From the human T2T-CHM13v2.0 reference genome, Homo sapiens, in assembly GCF_009914755.1 (NCBI RefSeq), contig NC_060932.1: a stretch of 64,000 bases of DNA. The stretch is one strand, 5' to 3'. A program made the translations under genes and the position numbers. Numbering within the stretch: position 1 is the stretch's first letter; each line of letters starts with the position of its first letter. A model generated the notes under the pieces. It worked only from the letters and a program-made list of their open reading frames with translations, did no database searches and had not been told where the DNA came from. Positions 14,304 through 30,582 of the stretch are shown here, piece after piece.

Positions 14304-14935
14304 TGTAACTATGTATTAGTTGCATTGCAATGCCTTTTATGGTTTTATTCTAAGACTGACCCTATCTAAGAATTATTGGCGTCAAGAATAAGTGATGAGT
14401 TTTCAACTTCTTGGCTGGTTTTCACAGCTCTAACTTGATATTTTCCTTTGCTTTGAACCATCATTGTTGTCTCTGCTTTTAGCTTCTCTACGACTTTAGC
14501 TATTAACATCTATTTGGTTTTCTCCAAAACTTCACTTCCTTTGGATTTTGACTATTAATCTAATGTCCCTAATACACTATCATTCTAAACTGGGAAACCG
14601 GGAAGGAAATTATTACATAGTTAAACATCAAACAGAAAATGCTCAACAGAAGATAACTTTGTATACATTGGAAATGACACATTTTCTTCAATAATTTTTT
14701 TTGCATAAAACAAACATTTTAATTACACAAACAGATGTCACTTTCACATATAACTAACACTTTCCTGTGCTGATTGACCGTCTTATATACAAGTTATGAA
14801 ATGAAAATGAATGAAAAAAATGTTAAATTTTTACGATAAAAATAAAAGTAGACCTGTAATTCATAATTACTTTCTAGTTTATTCCCATTCGCTAATCTCT
14901 GGCAGTCTACAAATGAATGCATTAGGAAATAATGC

Positions 14936-15401
14936 TGTCTTAGTCTGTTTTGTGTTGCTGTAAGACAACACAAAATACCTAAGAATATAAGAATACCTAA
15001 GAATATAAGAATACCTAAGACTAGGTAATTTTTAAAGAAAATATGTTTATTTGGATCACAAATCTGCGGCTGTACAAGAAGCACGGTGCCAGCATCTGCT
15101 TCTAGTGAGGGCTTCAGGCTGCTGCCACTCATGGTGGAAAGCAAACGGGAGGAGCTTGTGCAGAGATCCCATGGAAAGAGAAAGCAAGGGAGAGAGGGGA
15201 AGTGCCAGGCTCTTTGTAACAACCAGCTTTTATGGGAACCAATAAGAGTGAGAACTCACTCATTACCTTGGGGACAACACCAAAGAATTCATGAAGGGAT
15301 CTGCCCCCATGACACAAATACCCCTCACTATGTCCCACCTTCAACATTAGGGATCATATTTCAACATGAGGTTTGGAGAGACAAACATCCCAATTAGAGC
15401 A
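14936..15401 (-). mobile_element. MSTB-like MaLR solo LTR
   Basis: tgtcttagtctgttttgtgttgct...gccagcatctgcttctagtgagggcttcagg...tttcaacatgaggtttggagagacaaacatcc. Confidence 0.9.
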
Positions 15402-16520
15402 CATTCGCAACACACTGTTATATGCTTTAGATCCATGCCAGTCTTGCTCTCTGTCACTGCTGTGTTTTTTAGCTGGCCCAAATGAAAGAAAATCAACATT
15501 TGATTCATCCCTATTTGGTTTCCTTTGCAAAGTGAACTTAAATACTAATGAATCATGATGATGATGGTATATTATAACCACTAAAAAACTTTGAAAACAT
15601 AACGAGCACCTAAAGAAATTCTATTTCTCCCCAACTGCTCCATCCACCTAGCCATATAGCCAACTGGCACACCGTCTATTACCATCCCATTTTCTTCATT
15701 GCCTCATCCCCTTGGCCTGTTTCCAGAATCCTCTACCTTGACTTTTTTTGCCAGACATTTAACTTGAGGCCCTCAGAAAGAAACCAATTTAAAGGGAGAA
15801 CAAGATAAATTCTGCAGTTTCATAAAGGTGGTTGTTTTCTGCACTTAGCTAAAAAAAATTAATTTTCTTTGTGCACCCACATCAGTGTTGTGTGCTTTAG
15901 CAGATAAGCTCCTTGGAAGCAGGGACCATGTTTTCATTAATTAGGTACAGGCTTTTTTAAAGCTTTTCATCCTGGACCAAGGTCTCAAGGTCCCTATAGG
16001 TGCTCAATAAATATTAAACACCAGCGATTACTGTCTAATGGCATTTATTAAGCGTCCCTTTGCACACACTGCTGTTCAGAGAAAAGTTCAACAAAGTCCT
16101 GCCTGCTAGGAGTGTATGCTAAGAAATTAACAGCACTGACACAGCCTTGCACTAAACTGATAAAATTAATGAACCCTTTTACATTGTGTTCAAAGACACA
16201 AAGAATCTACATAGTGGTCTTAAATAAATATTCACACTCTTTATTTTGGTTGGTTTTCACTCAAATTGGCTATCATTTATTGAATCCTGAGTCATCAGTC
16301 CTATGGCAAGTTCAGAGAAATGTAGAGTATGCTCTTTACATAAAAGACCTCACAACTTATTCATAGTTACTTAAATTTTAAGTTTTATAAATAAGGTAAC
16401 TGCTTGCATAATTGCAGCAGAGACACACGAAGAAATGGTTTAAGTGGGGTTAGGACTGGAGTGGTCTTAAGTAAATGTTGAGCAGATTTCTACAATTATC
16501 CTTTATTAAAGTTACATAGA

Positions 16521-16747
16521 TTATTTATTTATTTATTTTTAGTTTTTAAAATTTGTATAAATGTAAAGGATAAAAGTGCAGTTTTGTTACATGGATATAT
16601 TGTGTACTGGTAAACTCTGGGCTTTTAGTGTAACTATCACTGAAATAATGTACGTTGTACCCAAAATATCTTCTCATCTCTCACCCCCTCCCACCCTTCC
16701 ACCCTTCTCAGTCTTAAAGGTTTATCATCCCACACTCCATATCCACA
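16521..16747 (-). mobile_element. L1MA/L1PB 3' end fragment
   Basis: T-rich tail, then gtgcagttttgttacatggatatattg...gggcttttagtgtaactatcac. Confidence 0.8.
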
Positions 16748-17179
16748 AAGCTAAACATATTGCTTAAAAAATACAAATTATACTTCCTATAATCTGTAAC
16801 TGAGGATGTCAATCAGATACTCACCATCTCACCTCCACTATCTACAACATTATTTTAAGCTGTAACCATTAAATAAGGCAATTACTGATCATTTTCTTTC
16901 AAAGATAGAAAGTACAAATTCAAATGATCCAGAATAACATTAGCTCCCAGGTGACTCTGGCACTTTTGGAATGGAAAAACCATCTACACGATACCATAGC
17001 CTTTAAATAGGCAAAGTGTCACTAATGATGATTCATGTGCAAAAAAAAAAAATTCTTTAAGAAGATGATTCTACAGATTTATATATATATGTGTGTGTAT
17101 ATGGAAATTGAAGGCCCCTTACTTGGATGTTTTCCCAAGGTTTTAATGTGTTGATAGATTACTATACATTACCAAAAGC

Positions 17180-18590
<1,411 letters not shown>

Positions 18591-19622
18591 TCGACCAAAA
18601 ACAAGTTCAACCTTAACAGGTATATACAATTAAGTGAAAAATTACTTAGGCTTTCTGAGTCTTAGTTTTCTCAACTGGTGGAAAAGAAGCTAGTCAAGAT
18701 TATTTCTGCGAATTCTAGCATGTTATGGTTTGATCTATATTTTAATAATTGATAATTTATTGTTAATTTATATATATAAAATTATTTTGTTTTGATGGTA
18801 TGTTTGTCATTTGAGGAGAATTATACAATAATAAGCATTTTTAAGTAGGAAAAAATATGGTTTTAGTCTAAAACAAAGAGAGATTATCATAACATTTCAG
18901 ATGGAACACCAAAATTACAAAAGGCCTTTGTTGCATCTGGAAGGTTAGAAAAAATGGTTTCTATAACTATAGCCTACATATCACCCTGAATTGCTAAGGT
19001 GTCTCTATGGAGTTTCGTCATTATTTGAATCATACAGTCCCTCTGTAGAGAGTCTTCTTAATTAAAAACCATTTTATTTAAGTAACTGGAGAGAGATCCT
19101 GGGAATAAAGGCAATAAAATTAAAATTCTTCTTTTATTACTTGTGTGTTTCTATAGGAAAACAAATGTATGTATATCCAGCATTTCCTCATTAACATATG
19201 CAGATATTTTAGGCATGATAGCAGCCCATCTCTAAGATGGTAAAAGAAAATATTTGGCATCAACAACCTGCATTTTGGACACTTGCCTTTTTTGAGTCAT
19301 TATGGATACAATTAATTATTTTCTAGACAAATCTTAGATTTCCTTGCTGGTAATCATTGTGTCTTATTTCTTTTTGTTTCGCTTTCTGAAACCAAGGCTG
19401 AAATGGCTTTTAAATGAGAAGTTGTGAAGTTTTATGAGGAAAGGCTTGCACATGTAATGTGAGCTCAGTAACAGCCTGATTATCAAGCACAAGTACAAGA
19501 TCCTTTTCCATTTCTCAAGCTAAACATAGATAGAATTTTCTTTCAAACTGATATTGCTTTAGTAGGAACAGACTAAAGACAACGGTAAAATCAATAACAT
19601 CCTTTGAAAAGTGGTAGTATAT

Positions 19623-20359
19623 TGAATTAGTCCATTCTGTGTTGCTATAAAGGAATATCTAAGAAAAGAGATTTATTTTGGCTTATGGCTATACAGACTG
19701 TGCAAGGAGCATAGTGCCAGCATCTGCTTCTGGTGAGGCCTCAGGAAGCTTATAATCACAGCAAAGGCAAAGGGGAAGCAGGTGTGTCACATGGTGAGAG
19801 AGAGAAAGAGGGAGAAGGAGGTGCCAGTCTTTTTAACAATGTGAACTCATTATAGCAGGGAGGGTACCAAGCCACTCATGAAATCACCAAATCTGTTCTG
19901 GTGATTTCATCAAGACTCATGGTTTTAAATATCATATGTGTGCTACTGGCACCGAACTTTATATTTTTGGCCTGTTATCTCTTCCCTGAACTCTAGACTT
20001 GTTTTTCCTCTTGCCTACCAGGCAACTTCTTCTTGATATATACTAGGCACGTCAAATTGATACATCTAAAATGGAGATGATGACCTTTCCGCCAAAGCCT
20101 TGGTCTTAGTCTTTCCTCTTTCATAAGTGGCAATTGATTCTTCTAGTTTCCTGGGCCAAAAAATTTAGCATCATCCTTGATGATTTGAACTCTCTCATCA
20201 GTGAATACTATCAGCTCTACCTTCAGAGTAGATTACAGAAAGTCATTCATGAAGAATCTGTCCCCATGACCCACACACATGCTTCTAGGCCCCACCTCCA
20301 AGACTGGAGATTACAGTTCCACGTGAAATTTGGAGGAGACAAATATCCAAACTATATCA
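19623..20359 (-). mobile_element. MSTB-like MaLR solo LTR, split by an insertion at about 19883-20246
   Basis: tgaattagtccattctgtgttgctataaagg...ccaagccactcatg | cattcatgaagaatctgtccccatgaccc...atccaaactatatca; flanks tatat/tgtat. Confidence 0.9.
19893..20246 (+). repeat. Inverted duplicate of L2 sequence 17921-18583, without the AluY
   Basis: Hand alignment: about 37 substitutions and about 6 small indels over about 350 bp (about 88%); carries the empty Alu site cacatatgatattta on its reverse complement. Confidence 0.95.
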
Positions 20360-21519
20360 TGTATGTTAGAATGAGCACAATACTTGGAGGAAAAAATGGG
20401 AGCTAAATTCTGAGTTGGTCTCTTACATTCTATGTACCTAAGCAAATTATTTAATCTTTGTCAGTATCACTCTTTCTATCTGAAACCTCAAAGGGCCATT
20501 GGTAAGTTTAGATAAAACAATATATAAAAATGCTCTCTATAGAAGAGGTAATTGGTGTGTTACTTCCTCAATTTATAAAATATCTTATTCAAGTTTTAAC
20601 TTTCTTAAGATCAGGATATCTTAAAATCTATATTAAAATCATTGATAACCCACCAATAAAATGTATACATTTTGATAAAATTGTTGTTGTTTATATTTAT
20701 AAACTTAGACAAGAGTAGAAATTATCTACTTACCTTATTACCACTGTATCTTAGTATTTGAATAACAATACATTGAGTTTTACATGGATTTCTAAGTTTA
20801 GTTTAAATGAAAGTCATATATTCAGAAGAACAGAGGAACAGATCTTAATGGTATATATGCATAATACTGAATGTATTTGACAGGACTTAAAAAGAGAAGA
20901 TACTCACAGGGAAGGAAAGTTATGTATCTTCCTCACTGAGACACATGCAAAATGATTTCCTGACATATGCCAGGAAAATCAATTAGAACCTGTAGAAATC
21001 ACCAAATATATTGAAGTACGTCATAGAATTTTCAAAGTCTAGAGGGGTTATATGGACAGGTCATGATTTGTGAAAAATTATCACTCAACTGCTGAATGTC
21101 TATCTGCCGAACACTTTCCAACAGACTTTCAAGAGGGTCTGTTTACATTCCATAGATATTTAATTTAATTAACTAACTAATTTGACACTAAGTCTTAAAA
21201 GTGTCCTGTAAGGACTAATGGTTGCCTGGAGGTCAAGGAATATGATTAAGCAATGCAAACTATCTTAGTGATACTTCACTTCTTTGCAGTGATTAAAAAT
21301 TTAACTCTGAATATAAAGAGATCTTGGACAAAAAAATGTGTTGTGTCCTTCTGATAAAGTATAATTGCATTGATAAATGCCCACTATTTTTGTTGGCTGA
21401 CTAAAAAAAAATCAATATTTATTTTCTTCCCTACCCCCCCAAAAATTTATCAAAAATAACATTCATAAATGATTTCTACAAGGAATTGTGAAAGTTTATC
21501 AGACGAGTTAGGGCATTCT

Positions 21520-22227
<708 letters not shown>

Positions 22228-22407
22228 AATGAGAGAGTGATCATAAAAATTTGGATTTAAGTAATATTTTTCTTCCTAAAATAGTCAGGTACTCCCAATG
22301 CCTATTATCATTGTATTTAATTTAGAAACTATTTCTATGACGTAAGAATATATCATATTATTTTACAGGTGGGAAAGTAAACACAGAGAAGCTTCATAGC
22401 TTTATTC

Positions 22408-22911
22408 TTATATTGGCTCTCTGTTACATAACAAATTGTCCCAAATGGGCCAGCTTAAAACAACAAGCATTTATCATCTCACGGGACTTTTGACGGTCAG
22501 GAAACTGTGAGTGGCTTAACTACCTGATTCTGGTTCAGAGCTGCTGATGACATTTGTAGCCAAGCTGTTGGCCAGGGCTGCAGTCTCTGAAGGCTTGACT
22601 GGGACTGTACAGTTCACTTCCAAGCTCACGCAAACGGCGACACGGCTGTTGGAAAGGGCGTCAGCTCCTTTCCATATTGGCCTCTCTGTAGACTTGCTTC
22701 CCCCAGGGCAAATGATGAGAGACAGAGAGAGAGAAACCAAAACAAAAGCTGAGGTAATGTCTTTTATAACCCCAGAAGCGACATACCATTGCTCTTTCCA
22801 TGTTTTATGGGCCACACAGACCAAAGCTGGTAGAATGTGGGAGGGGCTTTAAACATAGGTCACTACCAAGAGGCAGGATCCCTTGGGACCATCTTGGAGA
22901 ATGGTTACTAT
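22408..22911 (-). mobile_element. MLT1 (E/F-like) MaLR LTR
   Basis: cttaaaacaacaagcatttatcatctcac...ggccagggctgcagtctctgaaggcttgactggg...aggcaggatcccttgggaccatcttggag. Confidence 0.8.
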
Positions 22912-24910
22912 GGTTACTGCCCCACATCTGGGAGCACAACCAAAGCTAGTGCTGCCAATCCTACTCTAAGATTCAGGATGAAAAAGAAAATTGAGAAACT
23001 AAATGATTGCTTTTCTTCTGCACTCTCCATGAATAGGGAGCAATCATTCAAGATTTTATATGTCTTCTTAGGGTTTAGACCCCTTTATGAGACGTAAAAT
23101 ACCTCTTCAGACTGCTAAGAGTCATCAAAGGAAAGACTGACCTAAGTTGCTTTGCATAAGAGAGTACTGGGAGTTTGGGACATGAAAGATAGCAGATGAA
23201 GTGAAAAGGAGAAGGTTCTCTAGGGAGACAGAAGCTGATAGAAATAGTAGCATGCTGGCACCAAGGTGAGGGTATGATCATTGTCAGTTCTATGTGCCCC
23301 ATAGGGAAGGATGATTAGTAGATTTTAGGCCTGTGAAGCTTACACGCCTTAGAGATGCTTAGGAAAAATGAAAAAGTAGACGTGGTGCACAGCAAGAGCC
23401 AAGATGTGCTGTGAAGATAAACCAGAAAAAGGACGTAGTTAGGATCAAAAGACAAAGGTGAAGCAGGTTTGTCATAAGCTGATTTCACTGCCATGATCAC
23501 AGCAATGCACACATATATGTATCCTTCCATTTAGATATTTTAAAGAGGGTATTCTAGAAGGTGAAAAGGTTAGGAATTATCTGGCTTACTTGTTCTTCTA
23601 CCTTTCTTTTGTTTTGGTGGCAAAAATGTTTCTAATAACCATATAACATCCAGTAGGTGTTTTCTGGAAAAATGATATGATAATTAAAATCATGTAGGTG
23701 TCTATGTACACACAAGTTAGAGGGAGGTCAAGTAATGCTTCCCACAACATGCTAAGCTGAAAGCATACTTACAGAGTGCTTTTCGGCTAGGAGTATGGAA
23801 CAGAAGAAGGCAAAGGGGGAGCACTAGAAGTGTTTGCAAAGAGGATGCTAGATGAATTGGAGAAAGTCTATTTCTAGCTTGTGATGTTATTAGCTCCAAA
23901 CCATATAACATATAATTTTTCTACAGAAAAATTTTGGTGGCCAGTTTTCTAATGGAAAAGAAGCTGTCAGAATAATATGAATATCTAAAACTTGGAGTAA
24001 AAGATCCCAGTAGCACCAGCTACTGAAAATAGCAGTGTATTTATAGGAATCTTAATGGCATGGAGTTTCAAGCTAGAAGGCAATTCTGATTTCCAAGCCA
24101 TTTTGGTTCCCTTGAGAACTCCTCTCTGGCCCCTGCACCTCCTGGCATTATATTTTTGTCTCAATTTATTCAGAATCAATTTCCAAAGGATCCTTCTTCT
24201 ATATCTCAAATTGTTTTAGTAGCTCACAATGAAAACAGAAGAACCTCTGCGCCTTAACTAATGAATAATAGCTATTAGGTTTGGCTAGAATCTTTGAGTT
24301 TCATCAGTGGTACCAAATCATTCAGATTCTGAGTATCTAGATCAGAGAATCCTTGCCTGGTTTTAGCGGGCTATTATGGGTTATTAAAAAGGTGCACTGG
24401 GTCGATGCAGTGCCTGAAAGACGTGCATTCTCTCAGGTATTTTATATACCACCCACCCCTCCCCCATTGGAAATATCTTTCTATCAAGGACTGAAAACCT
24501 TCCCACAAACAAGAGATGTCCTCCTTATCTAGCAAGTCTCCATATGGATACAAATTTCTAAAACCAATGGGATTGAAAAGATGAGCCTAGTCAGGGTGAA
24601 CAACTATATGTGTAAGTGAGTTCTTTCTCTTAAAATTCCATTCAAAAGACAGAATAAATAAAAATGTATGAATAAACTTATGGTGAACATGGAAAAATGA
24701 AAGAAGACTATCCCTAGACTGAACAGTGATTTCTGAAAGATATAAATAGATTATATTCAATGAACCCCAACAGAACAGAGGAACTTACATATGCAACTGA
24801 ATGGAAGATTCTCCAACATAAATAAGGTGAGTTTTCTTAGCGGAAATTTATAATAAGAACTCAGTCAATGGAATCAAATTCAAAGAATGGGCCACAGGTT
24901 AGCAGGCTGG

Positions 24911-27082
24911 TGTATTAATTAGCTTTTGCTGTGACAACAACACACTCAATATCTTGTTGGCTTGCAACAAAGAACATTAATTTCCTACTCTTGTGTCTGA
25001 AAATCAGCTACAGAAGCTTCACTTCAAAAGTGATTTGGGTTCAGATCCTCTCCAAACGTGTTTTTATCCCAGGATCCAGGTTAAAAAAGCATCTCCTACC
25101 AGGGGTGTTCTGTTTTCATGGTCAAAGGCTGCAGCACATACAGTGAGTATGTCTCCGCTGCCTAGGCTTGGAACTGGGATACAATATATTTGTCAAAGCA
25201 AGTCACATAATCAAGCCCCCAGATCAATGTGACAGGACATATACTCTAATCCACAGACAGTGTAATTATTTGAATAACAAAATCTACCACAGTCCTTCTT
25301 TTTAGTCATAAATATCCACATAATTCAAAATACAAATTACATTCACCCTTTCTTCAATGAAGAAACCCTAAAGCTTTATTCCAATGTGGTATCTTGCTTG
25401 AAATCCAGGACCTCAGGGTAATCGCTTTATCTGGTCTAGATATAAGTCCTCTTGATCCAGAGACCTCTGACCTAAAATGACAAGTTATCTGCTCTCAAAA
25501 CATTCAGCATACAATGTGGGACCAGAAACAGGATAACTACAGAAAACACTCGTATCCAGAAAAGGTGAGTGTGGAAGACACAACAATTCTGAAACCCAGC
25601 TGGATGAACTGCAAGGCACCCTCCCTGAGATGGTAGAGAGCTCAGCTCATTAAACACAAGTTTTACTTCCTGGGAGTAACTCCACAGTCCATCCTGTTCC
25701 ATTGGCTCTTGACTCTACCTTAGAGAATTTCTTCCTGTTTCACTTTCTCTTTGGACACATCTGAAAAGGGCAATCGAAAATATTCCCTTTAGGGTGGCTG
25801 AGAAGCACTTTTACCATTTTCTGCCTGTCTAAATTTGGGTGCCTCTGGGTCATTTTACAACTCAGAGAACAGTACCTTTTAGCCCAGCTTAGAAATGCAC
25901 TTGTCAAAAATGTAGTGTTTTTTGTTTTTGTTTGATCTATTTTTATCTATGTCATTCCATCAGCTCCATATGCCAATGTCTCCATCCACAATTTGTTGCA
26001 AGATATAACTCTGAGTTCCTAACTCTGAGCTTCTTGGACTTCAGTAGAAACATGCCCTTTCCTGTTATGTCTATTATAAGGTTCATTCTGACCAGTTAAA
26101 AGGCTAATCTGGGGTCAGATTAATCAATTGGTGGATTTTAAAAAGGTGTCACGGTTGTAGCCTCGTTAGGGCCTCAGTGCCTTTGCCCCAAGTTCCAGTC
26201 TTGATCTCAATCTCACCAGGGTTTCCTCACTCAAAGCTGCTCTCCATTTTATCTTTGACTGTTTGTCAAGGAGACACAGATGCATCCTTCAATGCTGAAG
26301 TTGCCAGCATTTATGGATTATTTCTTTTTTTTTTCATTCCTGATTTCTTGTTTTGTTTTTCCTTGAACTAATATCTTTTTCTTATATAACCTTCTCAAAC
26401 ATAACCAATAGCTATTAACTCAGCTACCAACATTCTCTCTTTCTACTGCATTAACCAAGGACATGAATTTATCAGATATTTTGACTACCTCCAAGATATT
26501 GCAGGACACAGTTTAATCAACTGTTTTGCCCTTACAATAGCATGGATTGTCTTTGTCTAGTTTTCTATAACAGTTTCTTGCAATTCACTGTCCTTCCCTA
26601 AAGGTAATAGTATATATTTTAGTTGATGTTTTTAAGAGTTGCTTTTGTTTTTATAATGACATTACTCTGTTTCTGGTACCAAATTCTGTACTAGTTAACT
26701 ACTGCAGTAACAAACAATCCTTAGAACTCAATGATTCATGATGTCAAACATTTATGTCATGCTTACAGATCTGTAGTGGCTCTGTTCTAGGTTTTGGGAG
26801 GGATTCAGGTCTATTATATATTTCTATTTTCCAGGATTCAGACTACAGAAGCCATAGTTACATGGAGCGTGTTCTGAAGCTTGAATTCAGGAGTAAATGA
26901 GGATAAGCAAATGACACAGTACATTTAAATGGCCTCTCTGTAAATGTAGCACATGATTCTGCAATGGCTAAGGTAAGACATGTGGCCAACCCCAGTATTA
27001 GTGGGGCAGGAAGTATAATCCTCCCACAGATAGAGGTAAAGCAGAAGTGAGTATGTGCTAAATAATAATGCAATTTGCCATG
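24911..27082 (-). mobile_element. Two-LTR MLT1 (H/I-like) MaLR provirus: LTR 24911-25291, internal 25292-26686, LTR 26687-27082
   Basis: On the minus strand the 5' LTR ends ...taca followed by gaatttggtaccag (MaLR internal start), and a purine tract aaaaagaaggac precedes tgtgg of the 3' LTR; the two LTRs are diverged but colinear. Confidence 0.75.
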
Positions 27083-29198
27083 TCTTGGCAGTAATTAATA
27101 ACTGCTGTGGAAAAATTGTGTCAAGTATGCATTTTCATATCAGCAGGCACCAGTATTTGCCCTCAGGGTAAAACTGCAAGTCAAGTTTACTTCTCACAAA
27201 ATAATTAGGAATTCTGACATTGGAGACATCCAAAGAGGGAGCTAGTGCTAGAAAAGTAGGGCAATGTCCTACATAAATTGTTTTTGCCAAAAGGGACAAG
27301 AAATTCCTATACCCAGAAGACAAGCTCCATGTGTAACAAAAAATAGGATTCATTAATTTAAGTTAAGGGGGTCTTGGGACTTATGAAGGCAGAAGATTTC
27401 TTTCATTTGGCAAAAAAAAGTGTTTAAACTTTAAAAAAAAATCAAAGTAATGTAAACATGATACACTGTCCAGTTCTCCATAGTAGTCAACACCTATATT
27501 GCTTTAAAACTCCATCAGCTTCAGACATTTGCTTTACCTACGTGGCTTCTAAAGGCAATGTATTACAGTTTATCATGTTCTGGGAAGACAGCCTGCCTGG
27601 CCACAAATTCCCTTACCGTGTCCTCCACTATGCCACAAGCCAAGGCCACATAATTGGAATACTTATTAACTGCAAGGGAAACAGTGGTTTTCTCCAAAGC
27701 TTAGGAAATACTCTCTAGCTACAAAAAGTGGCCAAATTATAAAACCTCACTTGCAAAAAGGTTGAGAGAAAAAAAATTACAGAAATGACTCTTAGGAACC
27801 AACACACAACAATTAGTTGGTAAGTAAACAGAATAAACACAGAAACCTAAAATAAATAGAAACTAAACACAGTTTTAACTTTTAGATATGAGATAATGTA
27901 ATGGGAAGGAAAATGAGAGAGAGAATGAGTGAGAAAGAGGGAGGCAGGGAGGAAAACAAAGAGAAGAGAAGGAGAAAAAAGGGTGGAAATATGAAAGCAG
28001 AGTGATCAAAGGTATTGGAAACGAAATTACGGAAATGATGGTTACAATAATAAAAGGATGATACAGCAGAATGTTTACAGACTATATACATTTAAATATG
28101 TAAATTAAACATAGTATACAGAAAGATCATGACAAATTATTCTTTCAGATTACCAAGTTATGAGTAAAGGAGACACAAATTCTGAAATTTAAAAAAGTGA
28201 GTTAGGGAGTACTTGTGTGGGACAGTTAATACCCCACTCAACAGGGAAGACAGTTGCAAATATTTGGCAAACTCTATAACCAAGGTGCCAGAAAATCATT
28301 ACTAATACCAGGCCAATCAGAACAGATTCCATCTTGTACACCATACTGATAAGTAGCTGATAACCAACATGGCTTTAGAAGAAATCTCAGAATAGAAAAC
28401 AGAAAGAACAAAGTGAGAAGTGTCTTCAAAGTGCTTGATAAGTAACATTTTACTTTAGTTAACCAGGAAGGAATAAACTGGCTTCAGAATTCTAAACCAT
28501 AAGATGCTTGCTTACAATAAATCAATGCTGTCAAAATTCTGATAAATAATAATAATAATGATCATTACTTCTCCTTTTAATTATATTCTTTACAATTATT
28601 TTCTCTTAACTCTATACTCAGGAAATGCCTTTGGTAATGTCAGTGTTCAACTAGAAAGGAATTTTCCTCCCCTGTGACTAGGCTTCTAGCTTTCTAGATT
28701 CTTCTGTACCAATTCAAATCCTAATGCAGACTCACTTCACTACACTCTCTCAATTGTCTATATCCAAGCATCAAAGAAGAATTAATTAGGGAAATATGAG
28801 AACTGTATTATAGTCAATCCTATGATTTTTATAAGAAAGCCCTCAGTGTTGCCTAATACTGAATTCTCTTCTGTGTTACCCCTCAGGTAGATAGTGCTGG
28901 ACTTCCTGCCTGGCTTTTGATTTTGCTGTTGCTTCTAAGCACTGTCTTATATTATTCTATAGGCTGGCAGTCACATCCTTTTTCCCAAGCTTACCATGTC
29001 AAGCTTTCGGGATGTCACAATAGCTGAAGAATCCTAAGTTGAAACTTGTGGCAGAGGGAAATTTGCTATTTCTTTGAGATCAGAAATTAAGATAGTTTCT
29101 CCCTAAGACACATTGTGACAAGTAACTCACAGTAGAGGATTAATTAACTCAGGTTGAAAATAAACCATTAAATCAATTTTATCCCATCATAACCGTAG

Positions 29199-29625
<427 letters not shown>

Positions 29626-29699
29626 TACAATTTTGCTTTCAGAGTAGATGAGCTAACCATATGATTTAGTAGAAGGAAACTTCTCTTTCAAACAGGAAA

Positions 29700-29910
29700 G
29701 AACTAAATTTGAACACAGCTTTCTTAATTTATTAGTTGTATAACTTGGAAAGTGTGCTATACTTATGCCTAAGAATTTCAATTTCCTTCATATATACAAT
29801 GAGCATAACTCCTTCTAACTAGAACACTTGTTGGATTGTTGGAAGACAGAGAATTATGAAAAATGCCTGGTACTCAGAAAATTATGTATATATTTACTAT
29901 CTTTATTATT
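29700..29910 (+). mobile_element. MIR fragment
   Basis: ttattagttgtataacttggaaag...tcaatttccttcatatatacaatgagcata...tgcctggtactcag. Confidence 0.6.
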
Positions 29911-30423
29911 GTTTTACTCTCAAAGGGGTCTAGATTTTCCATAAAATTAGCAAAGTTTAGAGGAAGATTTCTACAGAAGGGAACATTCTTCCTGTTTTGG
30001 CAGCCTGGTCCACAGGAAGATTTGTGAGCTGAGTGATGAGTCAATTTGTTGCCTAGATGAATTATATTCAGATAACCTCACCACATCTCTCCAGAGAACT
30101 GTTTATAAGGTTACGAGCTCATCAAGCTCTTGCCCTGTGTAACAGAAGCTGATTGGGTTTTAATGGTAACATGTTGAAGGAAAAACTAGGCTTCCAGAGA
30201 CCTCACAAAGCTGATTGGAGTTCTGCCTTCCTTTTCCCTCTGCTTCTTTGTACTTTTGACAACTCAAGGTGATGGGGAAAGTTTCTGGGCAGCTAATCCT
30301 TTTGGGGTTATGATCAAGTCAAGGAAAGAGAGAAATTTCTTTGGTGGCAAGTTTCTCTCTTTTCCAGGAATTAGCATGCTCACTTTCCCCATAGAGCCAT
30401 CTCAAATGGTTACCAAAAAAAAA

Positions 30424-30582
30424 TTTTTTTTTTTTGAGGCAGGGTCTTGCTCTGTCTCCCAGGCTGGAGTGCATTGGTGAGATCATAGCTCACTATAGCC
30501 TTGGACTCCTGGGCTAAAGGAATCTTCCTGCCTCAGCTTCCTTAATATGCTGGGATTACAGATATAAGCTACCACACCTGCC
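30424..30582 (-). mobile_element. Alu monomer (FRAM/FAM-like)
   Basis: T tail, gaggcagggtcttgctctgtctcccaggctgg...gatcatagctcactatagcc...ctgggattacag. Confidence 0.9.

Noticed and set aside
27700-28540. Possible very old L1 ORF1/HAL1 remnant
   Set aside because: A-rich strand bias is suggestive, but I could not match it confidently or set boundaries
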